This document shows, piece after piece, positions 19,224-28,235 of a DNA stretch of 64,000 nt. Under the pieces are notes generated by a model. That model saw only the letters and a list, made by a program, of their open reading frames with translations, searched no databases and was not told where the DNA came from. The translations under genes and the position numbers were made by a program. The stretch comes from Bradymonadia bacterium. Its GTDB lineage: Bacteria; Myxococcota_A; Bradymonadia; UBA7976; UBA1532. Position 1 is the stretch's first letter; each line of letters begins with the position of its first letter. The DNA lies in NCBI GenBank assembly GCA_046290225.1, contig JBKAGE010000050.1, positions 1 through 64,000 on the forward strand, read 5' to 3'.

Positions 19224-19970
19224 ATGGAAGCGCTCAACAGCAGCGGCGTCGAGCTCGCCATTCACCTTGCCCTGAGCGGCGCCCTTGGGGTGCTCGCCGG
19301 GCTCATCACCACCGTGGCCGGGATGGGGGGCGGGCTGATGCTCGTCACCGCCCTCGCGGTCTTCTGGGGCCCCAGCGAGGCCCTCGCCGCGACGGCCCTG
19401 GCGCTGTGGGTGGGCAATCTGCACCGCGTGCTCCTCTTCCGACGCTCGGTGAGCTGGCCCGTCGCTCGAGCGTGGGTCCTCGGCGCGTTTCCTGGGGCCA
19501 TCATCGGGGGGCTATTGGTGGTGAACATGTCCGAGGGCTTCATCCGGGCCTGTATCCTGACCCTCACGGTGCTGGCCCTCACCCGCGTGGCGGGGTGGTG
19601 GTCCTGGCAGCCGCCCGCCTGGGCGCTCACCCCAGCAGGCCTCGGGGTGGGGACGCTGTGTGGGGCCTCAGGTGGGGCAGGGGTGCTCTCGGGGCCGTTG
19701 CTGATGGCCTCCGGGCTTTCTGGCGCCGCCTATGTGGCCACCAACGCTGTAGGATCAGTGGCCATGCACACGGGGCGCATCGGGGCTTACGCCTCGGGTG
19801 GGATGTTCCCGACGATGGTCTTGTGGTCGGGGATCACGCTGGCGGTGTGCATCACCCTCGGGAACCTGCTCGGAGTACGGGTCAGGGCGTGGTTAGGCGT
19901 GCAGAAGAACACGCGGGTCGAGGTGGGGGTGCTCTCTGGGTGTGTGGCGCTGGCTGTTCTCGGGTTTTGA
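19224..19970 (+). CDS. TSUP (TauE/SafE) family membrane transporter
   Basis: 'AGMGGGLML', 'CGASGGAG...GPLL'; about 8 hydrophobic segments. Confidence 0.8.
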   Translation: MEALNSSGVELAIHLALSGALGVLAGLITTVAGMGGGLMLVTALAVFWGPSEALAATALALWVGNLHRVLLFRRSVSWPVARAWVLGAFPGAIIGGLLVVNMSEGFIRACILTLTVLALTRVAGWWSWQPPAWALTPAGLGVGTLCGASGGAGVLSGPLLMASGLSGAAYVATNAVGSVAMHTGRIGAYASGGMFPTMVLWSGITLAVCITLGNLLGVRVRAWLGVQKNTRVEVGVLSGCVALAVLGF

Positions 19971-19989
19971 GTGATGGGGCAGGGCAGTG

Positions 19990-20448
19990 CTACTGCCCCG
20001 GACCCTGAATGGCCTTCATCACCGCCGGCGTCGCCTCGTTCGGAATCGGGAACGACAGCACGTACTGCGCGATCCGCCAGTGTCCGCTCTCGATGACCAG
20101 TACCCCGCTCCCCCGTGCTTCACCATATTTTGCGTTGTGTAGACGCTCGTAAAACCAGGCCGTCTTGCCATCGGGCCCCAGGTGCACGTGTCGCTCTTTC
20201 GGGGTGTACGTCCAGCCTTTGCCCTTCGAAAAATGGGGCTCCGCGTAAGCCTTGAACGCCGCCACCGTCCAGCGTTCCTCCGGATCGGTCCCGATGAAGA
20301 TGCCGCCCTCGGCGAAGTGGCCGAAGTAGCGTGGCCCGTCGGCCTTGGACGCCGCGTCGTGAAAGTCGTCGAGGACCGAGATGATGGCCTGCTCTGCAGG
20401 CACTTGAGTGTTCAGGATCGGCAGGAGTGCGAGGAGCAGCGTGAGCAT
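19990..20448 (-). CDS. Exported SnoaL/NTF2-like protein
   Basis: Signal peptide; 'LDDFHDAAS.AD...YF', 'FIGTD..ERW', 'AWF.E.L', 'RGSGVL', 'W.I.QY.LSF.IPN'. Confidence 0.8.
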   Translation of the reverse strand: MLTLLLALLPILNTQVPAEQAIISVLDDFHDAASKADGPRYFGHFAEGGIFIGTDPEERWTVAAFKAYAEPHFSKGKGWTYTPKERHVHLGPDGKTAWFYERLHNAKYGEARGSGVLVIESGHWRIAQYVLSFPIPNEATPAVMKAIQGPGQ

Positions 20449-20475
20449 GAGTGTTCCATTTCAGTCAGCGGCATT

Positions 20476-21156
20476 TCAGTCGGCGGGCAGGGCCTTGCAG
20501 AGTGGGCACTCCGAGGGGATACAGCGGGCGTCGTCGCGGTGTTTGGCCAGCAGACGACGCGAGGCACGGGCCAGCTTCTGGCGCACCTCTCGTCGCATGC
20601 CCTTCACTCGAGGAATCATCAGGTTGTCGTAGGCCGTGGTCTGGTGTCGCATCCAGGCGATGACCGCAGCCTCCACACGCGCCTCGAGGGGGATCCGCTG
20701 GGTGCGGGCCACCGTGCCGCTGCCCACAGGGGTGGCGTGCTCGGCGATGGCCTTCGCCATACGTTGCGCGAGGGGTGCGTAGTGATCATTGAAGTCGAGC
20801 CACTTCAGTACCGCGCGCTCGAAAGTCTGCACATAGGCCACCTGCTCGCGTTGGCGCCGAGCGGTGTCTGATGCCCGCTTTCTGGCATATGCCGGGCTGG
20901 CCCGCTCCGTCTCCAGGGCCTTTTGAATGCGGGCCACGTTCTCTTGAGGTGCCCACAGGCCCCGGGAGAACGTCTTGCGGCCCTTCTTCTCCTGCACGGT
21001 CCAGCTGGGGCCCGTCGTCTTCAGGCGACGCGTCAGCGCAGGATCCCCGGGTTTCACCAGCACCCAGCCCTCCGGGGGCCGGGTCACCTTGCCGTCGGGC
21101 CCACGCACGAAGCGCGGATCGGGGACGGTGGTCACAATGACTGTTTCGTGTTTCAT
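20476..21156 (-). CDS. DUF2293 domain protein
   Basis: 'PGDPALTRR.K', 'HATPVGSGTVART', 'AVIAWMRHQTTAYD'. Confidence 0.8.
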   Translation of the reverse strand: MKHETVIVTTVPDPRFVRGPDGKVTRPPEGWVLVKPGDPALTRRLKTTGPSWTVQEKKGRKTFSRGLWAPQENVARIQKALETERASPAYARKRASDTARRQREQVAYVQTFERAVLKWLDFNDHYAPLAQRMAKAIAEHATPVGSGTVARTQRIPLEARVEAAVIAWMRHQTTAYDNLMIPRVKGMRREVRQKLARASRRLLAKHRDDARCIPSECPLCKALPAD

Positions 21157-21210
21157 GGCTGGAGAGTCTGCGCCCCTCGACTGTGAGGGTCAAATCCGTC
21201 AGAAGAGGCC

Positions 21211-21675
21211 ATGGGCCAACCACAACGTATCGCGATCATCCTCGGCTGTCCTCCAGGGCGAGCCCTCGCTCGGCGGGTCGACCGAGCTGTTGCACTGTGG
21301 CGTGAGGGGCAGGTGAGCCAGGTCGTGTGTACTGGTAAAGGCGAGAGCCCCTGGGCGCGCCGGCGCCTGATCGCCAGCGGAGTACCCGGTTCGGTGATCA
21401 TCACCGAGGAGGCATCCACCAGCACGTGGAGCAACCTGCGGGCCGTGGTGCAAATGAAGGAGCTCGCGGTGGTCGGCGACGGGGTGATCGTGCTGATCAG
21501 CGATCCATGGCATCTGCACCGCGCCCTGGCCATGGCCCGGCGGCTCCGGCTCGTGGCCGAGGCCGCGCCCACCGCGCCTCAGCTGAGTCGTCAAACGCTG
21601 AGCCGGCAGCTGGCCAGAGAGGGGGCGGCGTGGCTCAAGGCGATGTGGCGCGGTCAGGTCAAGTGGTCTCGCTGA
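21211..21675 (+). CDS. YdcF/DUF218 family protein
   Basis: 'IILG', 'CTG.GE', 'EEASTSTWSN', 'SDPWHLHRA', 'RE'. Confidence 0.8.
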   Translation: MGQPQRIAIILGCPPGRALARRVDRAVALWREGQVSQVVCTGKGESPWARRRLIASGVPGSVIITEEASTSTWSNLRAVVQMKELAVVGDGVIVLISDPWHLHRALAMARRLRLVAEAAPTAPQLSRQTLSRQLAREGAAWLKAMWRGQVKWSR

Positions 21676-22762
21676 TGTGATCTCGGGCTGAGAGGGCCTG
21701 CTCCACCACGGCGAGGCCCCGCTCCACCACCACGTGTCGCCATGAAGGGTCTCGAGGGATGAAGGCCTCCCTGAGCTGCCCTTTGGCGGCCTTGCGGCGA
21801 CGATCCTCGGCGCTGCAGTGGTGGTGAGCCCTGTTCTCGGCCCGCAGCGCCTTGAGGACCTTGAGAGAGGGCACGGTGCCGAATTCAGCGGTGATGACAT
21901 CGTAGTTGGCTTCTGGGACCCGCTGTTGACACCAAGTGCCCATGCCCCCCCGGATCGCGTACGACACGCCCCCCGTGTCCCATGGCTGGATCACCTGCTC
22001 GCCGAAGAGATCGGCCATCCATCGAGCCCGCGGATGATCAGCGGCGCGATCGACGATGAGGGCATAGGTGCCCGAAGAGCCCAGTCCGGTGTGAAAGTCC
22101 ACGTGCAGGACCTCGGGGGCGCCACCGATCCACCCAGGCAGCTCGGCGTCGAGCAGGCCCACGAGATCAGAGGGGCCGTCACCCCCAAAGAAGAGCCCGA
22201 GGGGGAAGTCATATTGCCCGCTGGCCACCGCCTCTTTGAGGGCGCTGTATCCCCGGCGGGCGATCTGCGCCCCGGCGCGCAACATGAAGAATTCGAAGGC
22301 TTTCGGGGGAGATGGGGGGTTGAGCAGCCTGTCGAGAGCGCCATAGGCCTCCGGGCTCCCTGTGTACGCTTCCCCCGGGTGCAGGAAGTTCCGGTTGAGA
22401 TCGATGTTGTGCTCGTTCACCCGCCTGATCCACGCAAAGCCGTAGGGGTTCAGGGCGTGGATGAGCACCTGTCTGACCCCGGGGATGGGGGCCAGGGGCT
22501 GATGCAGCAGCGCGAGCTGCACCGCAGAGCCGAAGTACCCTTCGATCCCATGGAGACCGCTGCTCACCACCACAGTGAGCTTCGGGGGCTTGCCGTCTGG
22601 CGGCGGCAGGATGGCGACGTCGAGGGTGAGTGGGGTGCCATCAGGTCCAATGCCACCGAGCGGGTGACTCGCCTGAGTGAGGCCAGCAGCACGAGCGGCC
22701 TCGACGAAGCGGCGCCGGGCGGTCACATAATCATCGCTGAAGAAGGCGGGGAGATCCGTCAT
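21659..22762 (-). CDS. M14-type metallopeptidase (DUF2817)
   Basis: 'SGLHGIEGYFGSAVQ', 'HALNPYGFAW.RRVNE.N.DLNRNF', 'DFHTGLG', 'EFGT'. Confidence 0.85.
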   Translation of the reverse strand: MTDLPAFFSDDYVTARRRFVEAARAAGLTQASHPLGGIGPDGTPLTLDVAILPPPDGKPPKLTVVVSSGLHGIEGYFGSAVQLALLHQPLAPIPGVRQVLIHALNPYGFAWIRRVNEHNIDLNRNFLHPGEAYTGSPEAYGALDRLLNPPSPPKAFEFFMLRAGAQIARRGYSALKEAVASGQYDFPLGLFFGGDGPSDLVGLLDAELPGWIGGAPEVLHVDFHTGLGSSGTYALIVDRAADHPRARWMADLFGEQVIQPWDTGGVSYAIRGGMGTWCQQRVPEANYDVITAEFGTVPSLKVLKALRAENRAHHHCSAEDRRRKAAKGQLREAFIPRDPSWRHVVVERGLAVVEQALSARDHISETT

Positions 22763-22763
22763 G

Positions 22764-24590
22764 TCATTGCTGCCGATTCAGGGCGAGGGCGGCGTTGATC
22801 ACACCAAGATGACTGAAGGCCTGAGGGAAGTTCCCCAAGGCTGCACCTGTCGCGGGGTCGACCTCTTCAGCGAGGAGGCCTACGGCGTTGGCACAGCCCA
22901 GGTGCGCCTCGAAGATCTGCGCGGCCTGCTCTGTACGGCCCATGAGGGCAAGGGCTTCCACGAGCCAGAACCCGCACAACAAGAAAGCCCCTTCGGCACC
23001 TCCGACGCCGTCATCGTGGCGGCTGCGGTAGCGATGGATGAAGTGACCCTCGCTCAAGGTGCTCTGCAGCCACTCCACCGTAGCCACCACCCGCGCGTCA
23101 TCTGGTGGCAGGAAGCCGATGATGGGCAACAGCAACAGCGCGCCGTCGGGCTCTGCTTCGCCGTAAGCGTTCACGAAGTGCGTCCCTGTGGGATCGAGGC
23201 CTCGGGTGCACACGTCCACGTGTACCGCGTCGGCCTGAGCACGCCAGCGAGCGCGCGCTTCGGAGAGGCCTCTGCGCGCTGCCAGTGTGGCCCCTCGATC
23301 AAAAGCCATCCAGCACATCAGCTTGGAGTGCACATTGTGGCGTTTGCCGGTCCGCGGCTCCCAGATGCCGTGATCGGGCTGTTGCCAGCGCCCCTCAGCT
23401 TGAGCGAGCACGCTGGAGAGCCAGGCCCACTCGGCATCGTCGAGCACTGGGGCGTCGTCGCCTCTCAGAGCGCCCACCCCTTCGACGTAGGCCCAGACCA
23501 TGTCGAGCACTGGGCCATAGATGTCGTGCTGCACCTGATCTCGGGCGCCATTGCCTACCCGCACAGGCTTCGACCCATGACAGCCCGCGAGGTGGTCGAG
23601 GGCCTCTTCTTCTGGCACCGGTCCGCCATGGATCGTGCACATCAAAGGCAGATCTCCCGTGGGGAAGTGGTGCATCAAGAATCGCAGGAACCGGTGGGCA
23701 TCGTTCAAGCCCCCAGCGCGGGCCAGGGCGGTGAAGGCCAGCGAGGCGTCGCGGACCCAGGTGTAACGATAGTCCCAGTTCCTCACCCCGCCGATCCACT
23801 CCGGGAGCGAGGTGGTCGGGGCGGCCACCATGGCCCCGGTGGGAGCGTAGATCAGCAGCTTGAGCACATTGGCAGAGCGCCAGATCTCATTGTGCCACGG
23901 ATGATCTTCACTGAACGGCAACACCGAGACCTGAGGGTGAACCGAGTCAACACCGCGATCTTCGAAGGTCTTTGCCGAGAGGCTGTTCAAATCGCCCATG
24001 CGCTCACCCCACTCGAGGCGCAGCGACACAGGGCGTTGGGTGGCGCTCAAGGTGAACGTGCGTCGCCACATGCCGTCGGGGCCAGCCACCCATTCACCTT
24101 TGCCCGCACATTTCACTCGGACCTGCGAGGGCGGCCGTCCAGGACGATTGAACACGAGGTGGTTGCTCTTGAGCTCACCCGTGAGGGGCCGCTCACCCAT
24201 GCCCGCAGCGGGCCGGGCCTCGATCTCCACGGTCACAGTGCCTTCGAGGCAGACGAGCCGGCGTGTCAGGCTGCCCGCAAATGACAGATTGCGCCCGCGA
24301 TCAGGCATGAAGTCGGTGATTTCGAGCACACCACCTTCGCCGGTGAGTGTGGTGAGCAGCGTGTTGCTGTGATCGAGGTAGGCCTGGCTGCCTGTGTAGG
24401 GCCCTTCGAGACGCACAGACAGGTGCCCGCCGCCCTCGGGGTCGAGCATCCCGGAGAATGGCCCGGGGGTGTCGAATCGCGGTAAACAGGCCCAGTCGAT
24501 GGTCCCGTCCCGACGCACGAGCATTGTGGTGTGACCGTTGCCGATGAGGGCGCGATCGTCGATGGGCGGCTCGGAGTGGGGGGCGTGCAT
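22764..24590 (-). CDS. Glycoside hydrolase family 15 (trehalase/glucoamylase-like)
   Basis: 'IDWACLPRFD', 'AAPTTSLPE..GG.RNWDYRYTWVRDA', 'GIWE.R', 'EGAF..C.FW', 'GNFPQAFSH'; start set at 24590, outside the repeat element. Confidence 0.92.
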   Translation of the reverse strand: MHAPHSEPPIDDRALIGNGHTTMLVRRDGTIDWACLPRFDTPGPFSGMLDPEGGGHLSVRLEGPYTGSQAYLDHSNTLLTTLTGEGGVLEITDFMPDRGRNLSFAGSLTRRLVCLEGTVTVEIEARPAAGMGERPLTGELKSNHLVFNRPGRPPSQVRVKCAGKGEWVAGPDGMWRRTFTLSATQRPVSLRLEWGERMGDLNSLSAKTFEDRGVDSVHPQVSVLPFSEDHPWHNEIWRSANVLKLLIYAPTGAMVAAPTTSLPEWIGGVRNWDYRYTWVRDASLAFTALARAGGLNDAHRFLRFLMHHFPTGDLPLMCTIHGGPVPEEEALDHLAGCHGSKPVRVGNGARDQVQHDIYGPVLDMVWAYVEGVGALRGDDAPVLDDAEWAWLSSVLAQAEGRWQQPDHGIWEPRTGKRHNVHSKLMCWMAFDRGATLAARRGLSEARARWRAQADAVHVDVCTRGLDPTGTHFVNAYGEAEPDGALLLLPIIGFLPPDDARVVATVEWLQSTLSEGHFIHRYRSRHDDGVGGAEGAFLLCGFWLVEALALMGRTEQAAQIFEAHLGCANAVGLLAEEVDPATGAALGNFPQAFSHLGVINAALALNRQQ

Positions 24591-24673
24591 GTGGGGAGTG
24601 AAGCTCAAGGCGACTGCACTGGCAAGTGACTCGAGAGCTGGCCAAGAGTTGTATTGGGTTGTTGCGGAGTTTT

Positions 24674-25168
24674 GGGCTGAGCCTTTGTAGGCAGTCGTCG
24701 CTGCGCTCCGCCTGCGTAGGCGCCGGGCCTTCGGCACATCTTCGATGCGCCTCGTCTGGCGCGTACACGTTCGGGCATCCGCTTACGCGGAACCCCTCCG
24801 GGTAGGCAGGGTCGCTCAAGGCTTTGCCTTATTTGCTCGCTCCCCTGCGTAAAGAGCTTCTTCTGTATCTCGTTGCTGATGCCTGCTGGGATTCGACCTA
24901 CCGCAAACGTGTAAGCCCCTGTGTCCCAACGCTGGGCGAAAGCCCCAACAACATTGGGGGTGCCCTCAAAGCCGCACCAGAACTGACTTTTTACGCAGGG
25001 GAGCGAGCGAATAGGGCAAAGCCCTGAGCGACCCTGCCTACCCGGAGGCCTGCTCGCGTCAGCGAGCGTGCCGACGTGTACGCAGCTCCAAGGCGGGCCG
25101 AAGGCCAGCCGTCGGCAGCTGCCTACGCAGGCGGAGCGCAGCGATGACTGCCTACAAAGGCTCAGCCC
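24674..25168. repeat. Giant inverted-repeat (hairpin) element, family A copy 2
   Basis: Same core as 17744-18219 (TTTGTAGGCAGTC...GACTGCCTACAAA) with its own outer arms GGGCTGAGCC/GGCTCAGCCC. Confidence 0.9.
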
Positions 25169-25320
25169 CAACCCTTGGGCTGCCCTATTCGATTTCCTGG
25201 CCAGAACTCTAAATCGACGCCAGGTCAGATTCGCGGTGCATTTGACGCAACCTCGTGCGTCCGGGGTAGCCTCCGGAATCTCTGAATCATGAAACAGGCA
25301 ACGGAAAGGGCACCTTCATC

Positions 25321-26730
25321 GTGACTTCTTCGACGATCTCCAAACTGGCGCTGAGCTTGCTGATGGCTGCAGCGACATCAGGCTGTGTGAGCAACGGCGA
25401 CGGCGGTGGTTTCACCGACGCGGGCCTCGGCGACGACATCTGCGCCGAGAGCTGCGAGTTGATCGCCGCGTGCGATCTCTGCCTCGATGATGGCCTGGGC
25501 AATTGCCAGAGCGGCCCTGCCTGCGTCTCGCAGTGTCGTGGGTCCGAATGGGGCCCCTTGGGTGCACAGTGCGTGGTGGAGCTCGGGGTGTGCGACGCCG
25601 AAGGCATCGGCAACTGCCTCACCCGTGCAGCGGGTCCGGAAGATGACTGCGAAGCGGGCTGCTGGAACCTCGAGCTGTGCGGTCGCTGTCTCGATGATGG
25701 CGCAGATGGCTGCCTCGAGACCGATAGCTGCGTGGATCTGTGTCGCGAGAACGGCCTCGAAACGGAATACGCATGCATCGCCGGCCTGAACGCCTGCGGT
25801 GCCGAGGCTGTGGAAGAGTGCCTGAGCCGCCCGGAGCCAGAAGACGACTGCGAAGCCTCGTGTGTGGTGCTCGACGACTGCGGCATCTGTCTCGATGATG
25901 GTGCCGGCGGTTGTGTGTCGGTGGATATCTGTACTGATCAGTGTCGGGCTCAAGATGGCCTCGCAGGGGCCCAGTGCATCCTGGGTCTCGAGGCGTGTGA
26001 TCTCAACGCGGTGCTCATGTGCCTCGAAGATCCTCCGGCCCCCACTGATGCCTGTGCGGCGGGCTGTGTTGCCCTGGATGATTGCGATCTGTGCGAGACG
26101 GGCGACGACGGTATGTGCCTGTCGGTGGACGCTTGCGCTGAGCAATGCCGCGAGCAGATGCTGGAGGTTCGGGCCCAGTGTCTCACTGAGGTCGAGATGT
26201 GCGACGAGGCGGCGATCAACGCGTGCTATACGCCAGCGCCTCCAGTGGGCGAGGGATCATGTGCGGAGGGCTGCGCAGCCCTGGACGCCTGTGAGCTGTG
26301 TCTGCCCGACGAGAACGAAGTATGCCTGCCTCTGGAAGAGTGCGTGTCTCAGTGCGAGATGCAGGGCTTCGAGGCCCGCTTCGACTGCCTGACCGAGGTA
26401 GACATGTGTGATGGCGAGGCGATCACCGCATGTTTCGAGGTGCCTGCCGGGCCCGGCTGTCAACTCGCCTGTCAGCGCTTGGAGGAGTGCAGCGCCGAGG
26501 AAGAGCCTGACGCTGAGGCTGTGGCCACCTGCGTGTCGATGTGCACTGCAGGGGAGGGGCTGACGCCGGAAGAGCGCACATGCGTGACCGAGGCGGAGAT
26601 GTGTGATGCTGCGCTGATGTGCGTGGAGGAGATGCCGGAGCCGGAACCCGATCCAGAGCCGGAGCCTGATCCCGAGCCGGAACCAGATCCTGAGCCGGAA
26701 CCAGAGCCTGAGCCCGAACCTGAGGAGTAA
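25321..26730 (+). CDS. Acidic Cys-rich repeat lipoprotein with C-terminal (PE/PD)n tail
   Basis: Lipobox TSGC; five 10-Cys repeats plus one 8-Cys repeat; ends PEPEPDPEPEPD...PEE. Confidence 0.85.
   Translation: MTSSTISKLALSLLMAAATSGCVSNGDGGGFTDAGLGDDICAESCELIAACDLCLDDGLGNCQSGPACVSQCRGSEWGPLGAQCVVELGVCDAEGIGNCLTRAAGPEDDCEAGCWNLELCGRCLDDGADGCLETDSCVDLCRENGLETEYACIAGLNACGAEAVEECLSRPEPEDDCEASCVVLDDCGICLDDGAGGCVSVDICTDQCRAQDGLAGAQCILGLEACDLNAVLMCLEDPPAPTDACAAGCVALDDCDLCETGDDGMCLSVDACAEQCREQMLEVRAQCLTEVEMCDEAAINACYTPAPPVGEGSCAEGCAALDACELCLPDENEVCLPLEECVSQCEMQGFEARFDCLTEVDMCDGEAITACFEVPAGPGCQLACQRLEECSAEEEPDAEAVATCVSMCTAGEGLTPEERTCVTEAEMCDAALMCVEEMPEPEPDPEPEPDPEPEPDPEPEPEPEPEPEE
26635..26727 (+). 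repeat. Coding low-complexity Pro-Glu/Pro-Asp dipeptide repeat
   Basis: Degenerate CCN-GAN hexamers encoding PEPEPD... Confidence 0.8.
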
Positions 26731-28137
26731 TCAGCAGCCCTCGTCGATTTGACCATCGCAGTCGTCGTCGAGGTTGTTGCCACAGATTTCGTCAATGGGG
26801 TGGGGTTCCATTCCGAGGTTTGGACGGCACATCTCGAAGCCCCGAAAGCACTGTGAGATACCCTCATGCCGGCATTCTCCAATGCCTAGGAAGCATGGCT
26901 CAAGCACGATGCCCTCGTCGATTTGACCATCAAAGTCGTTGTCCCGGTTGTCACACAGCTCAATCAATTCACCAGTACAGTATTGGCCAAACTCCGGGTT
27001 GGTTTCAGAGAGAGTCAATACAAGCTGGTCGCAGCTCCAAGCACGGTCAATTGTCTGAAGGGCTCTGCGATGCACGGCGAAAATTTGTGGGCATCGTTCT
27101 GCAAATATCGTGCGGGAATTTTCGTCATCGATGCTGTCGCATGTGTCAGACAGCAAAGCGCAATTTGAGAGAAGGTTGCATGCCTCCTCTACGGGAACAG
27201 TGGGTCGACATGGCTGTTCCCCCGGAGATTCATCAACAACACCATCACAGTCTTCATCGATGCTGTTTTGGCACAACTCTACAGACGGGGCGTAGTCGTC
27301 CAATGTGCCGACAGTTGGTATACACATCAAAAAACCGTCGATGCATTGAATACTTCCAGGAAACTGACATTGACCTTCACCTGACAGGCAAGGTGAAGGG
27401 GGTTGAGCGATATGCTCATCAATCATGCCGTCGAAATCATCATCCTGCCCATTGCAAGGGACTCCCTCTGGGAGATTCTGAAGGTCATTACAGGTCTCGT
27501 CGTAGTCTTCCTGTAGGCCCCTGATTGTGCTGACTGTCGAGTCGCAGTCTGTTGCATCAACAAGCTGTCGGAGTGCTGGGTTTCCTTCGCATAAAGGCAA
27601 ACAAGATGAGTAGAACTCATTTCGAGAATCAATGATGCCTATGCCTGGGCATTCTGCTGACTGTAAAGAGCAATCAGCCCAGTCAGTGCATAAAACTATA
27701 CACTCTTCGCTAAAAAGCGTTGCATCGGCCTCTTCCATGCCACTGTCATAGGGATCCTCTTCCCCCATGTCAGCATCGAATCCATCTATTGGTGCAGCAT
27801 CTTGGAGATTGGCATCTTCCTGGAATGCAAGATCTGGGAGAGCCTGAACACTCTCATCAGCATCCATTGCTTCGGAGTCTACAAGGGGGCCTGGGCCAAA
27901 GTCTGGAACTCCCATGTCTTCCGGCATATTCATTGAACGTGAGCTGTCCATGACAATGGGGCTCATGTCTGGTGATGACATCAAAGAGCCATCAATCACA
28001 CAACGAGCGAGGCAGTCATCTCGGAGAGACTCGCCGCTGCAGTATGTGTTGCAGTACTCTTCGAGATTGTAGAGTGTGGGCGGATCTATACAGCCAGCAA
28101 GTGTGTACAACACAAGGAATGAGAGAAGGATACGCAT
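26731..28137 (-). CDS. Cys-rich lipoprotein with MopE-like putative metal-binding repeats
   Basis: MRILLSFLVLYTLAGC lipobox; repeated 'C(N/D)G.D.DCDG.IDE' motifs (CNGQDDDFDGMIDE, CQNSIDEDCDGVVDE, CDNRDNDFDGQIDEG, CGNNLDDDCDGQIDEGC); low GC. Confidence 0.8.
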   Translation of the reverse strand: MRILLSFLVLYTLAGCIDPPTLYNLEEYCNTYCSGESLRDDCLARCVIDGSLMSSPDMSPIVMDSSRSMNMPEDMGVPDFGPGPLVDSEAMDADESVQALPDLAFQEDANLQDAAPIDGFDADMGEEDPYDSGMEEADATLFSEECIVLCTDWADCSLQSAECPGIGIIDSRNEFYSSCLPLCEGNPALRQLVDATDCDSTVSTIRGLQEDYDETCNDLQNLPEGVPCNGQDDDFDGMIDEHIAQPPSPCLSGEGQCQFPGSIQCIDGFLMCIPTVGTLDDYAPSVELCQNSIDEDCDGVVDESPGEQPCRPTVPVEEACNLLSNCALLSDTCDSIDDENSRTIFAERCPQIFAVHRRALQTIDRAWSCDQLVLTLSETNPEFGQYCTGELIELCDNRDNDFDGQIDEGIVLEPCFLGIGECRHEGISQCFRGFEMCRPNLGMEPHPIDEICGNNLDDDCDGQIDEGC

Positions 28138-28235
28138 CGCAAACGATCTCCACGAACGAGGGGGTGCACCACGATCATGGTTGCACATCTGCCCTCCTCT
28201 ACAACGTCGAGACTAGAAGGATTCCAGGAATGTGA

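Noticed and set aside
19122..19424. 100-aa N-terminal extension of the LysR ORF
   Set aside because: Overlaps the divergent TSUP gene and the AT-rich promoter region; the HTH begins just after 19121.
24591..24737. N-terminal extension of the GH15 ORF
   Set aside because: Runs into the family A repeat; homology-like sequence begins near MHAPHSEPPIDDRALIG.
25242..25272. Possible sigma-70 promoter TTGACG...TAGCCT
   Set aside because: 19-bp spacing and a weak -10; not supportable.
26472..26882. (SG)n-repeat ORF on the - strand
   Set aside because: Reverse-strand reading of the PE/PD tail of the + strand lipoprotein.
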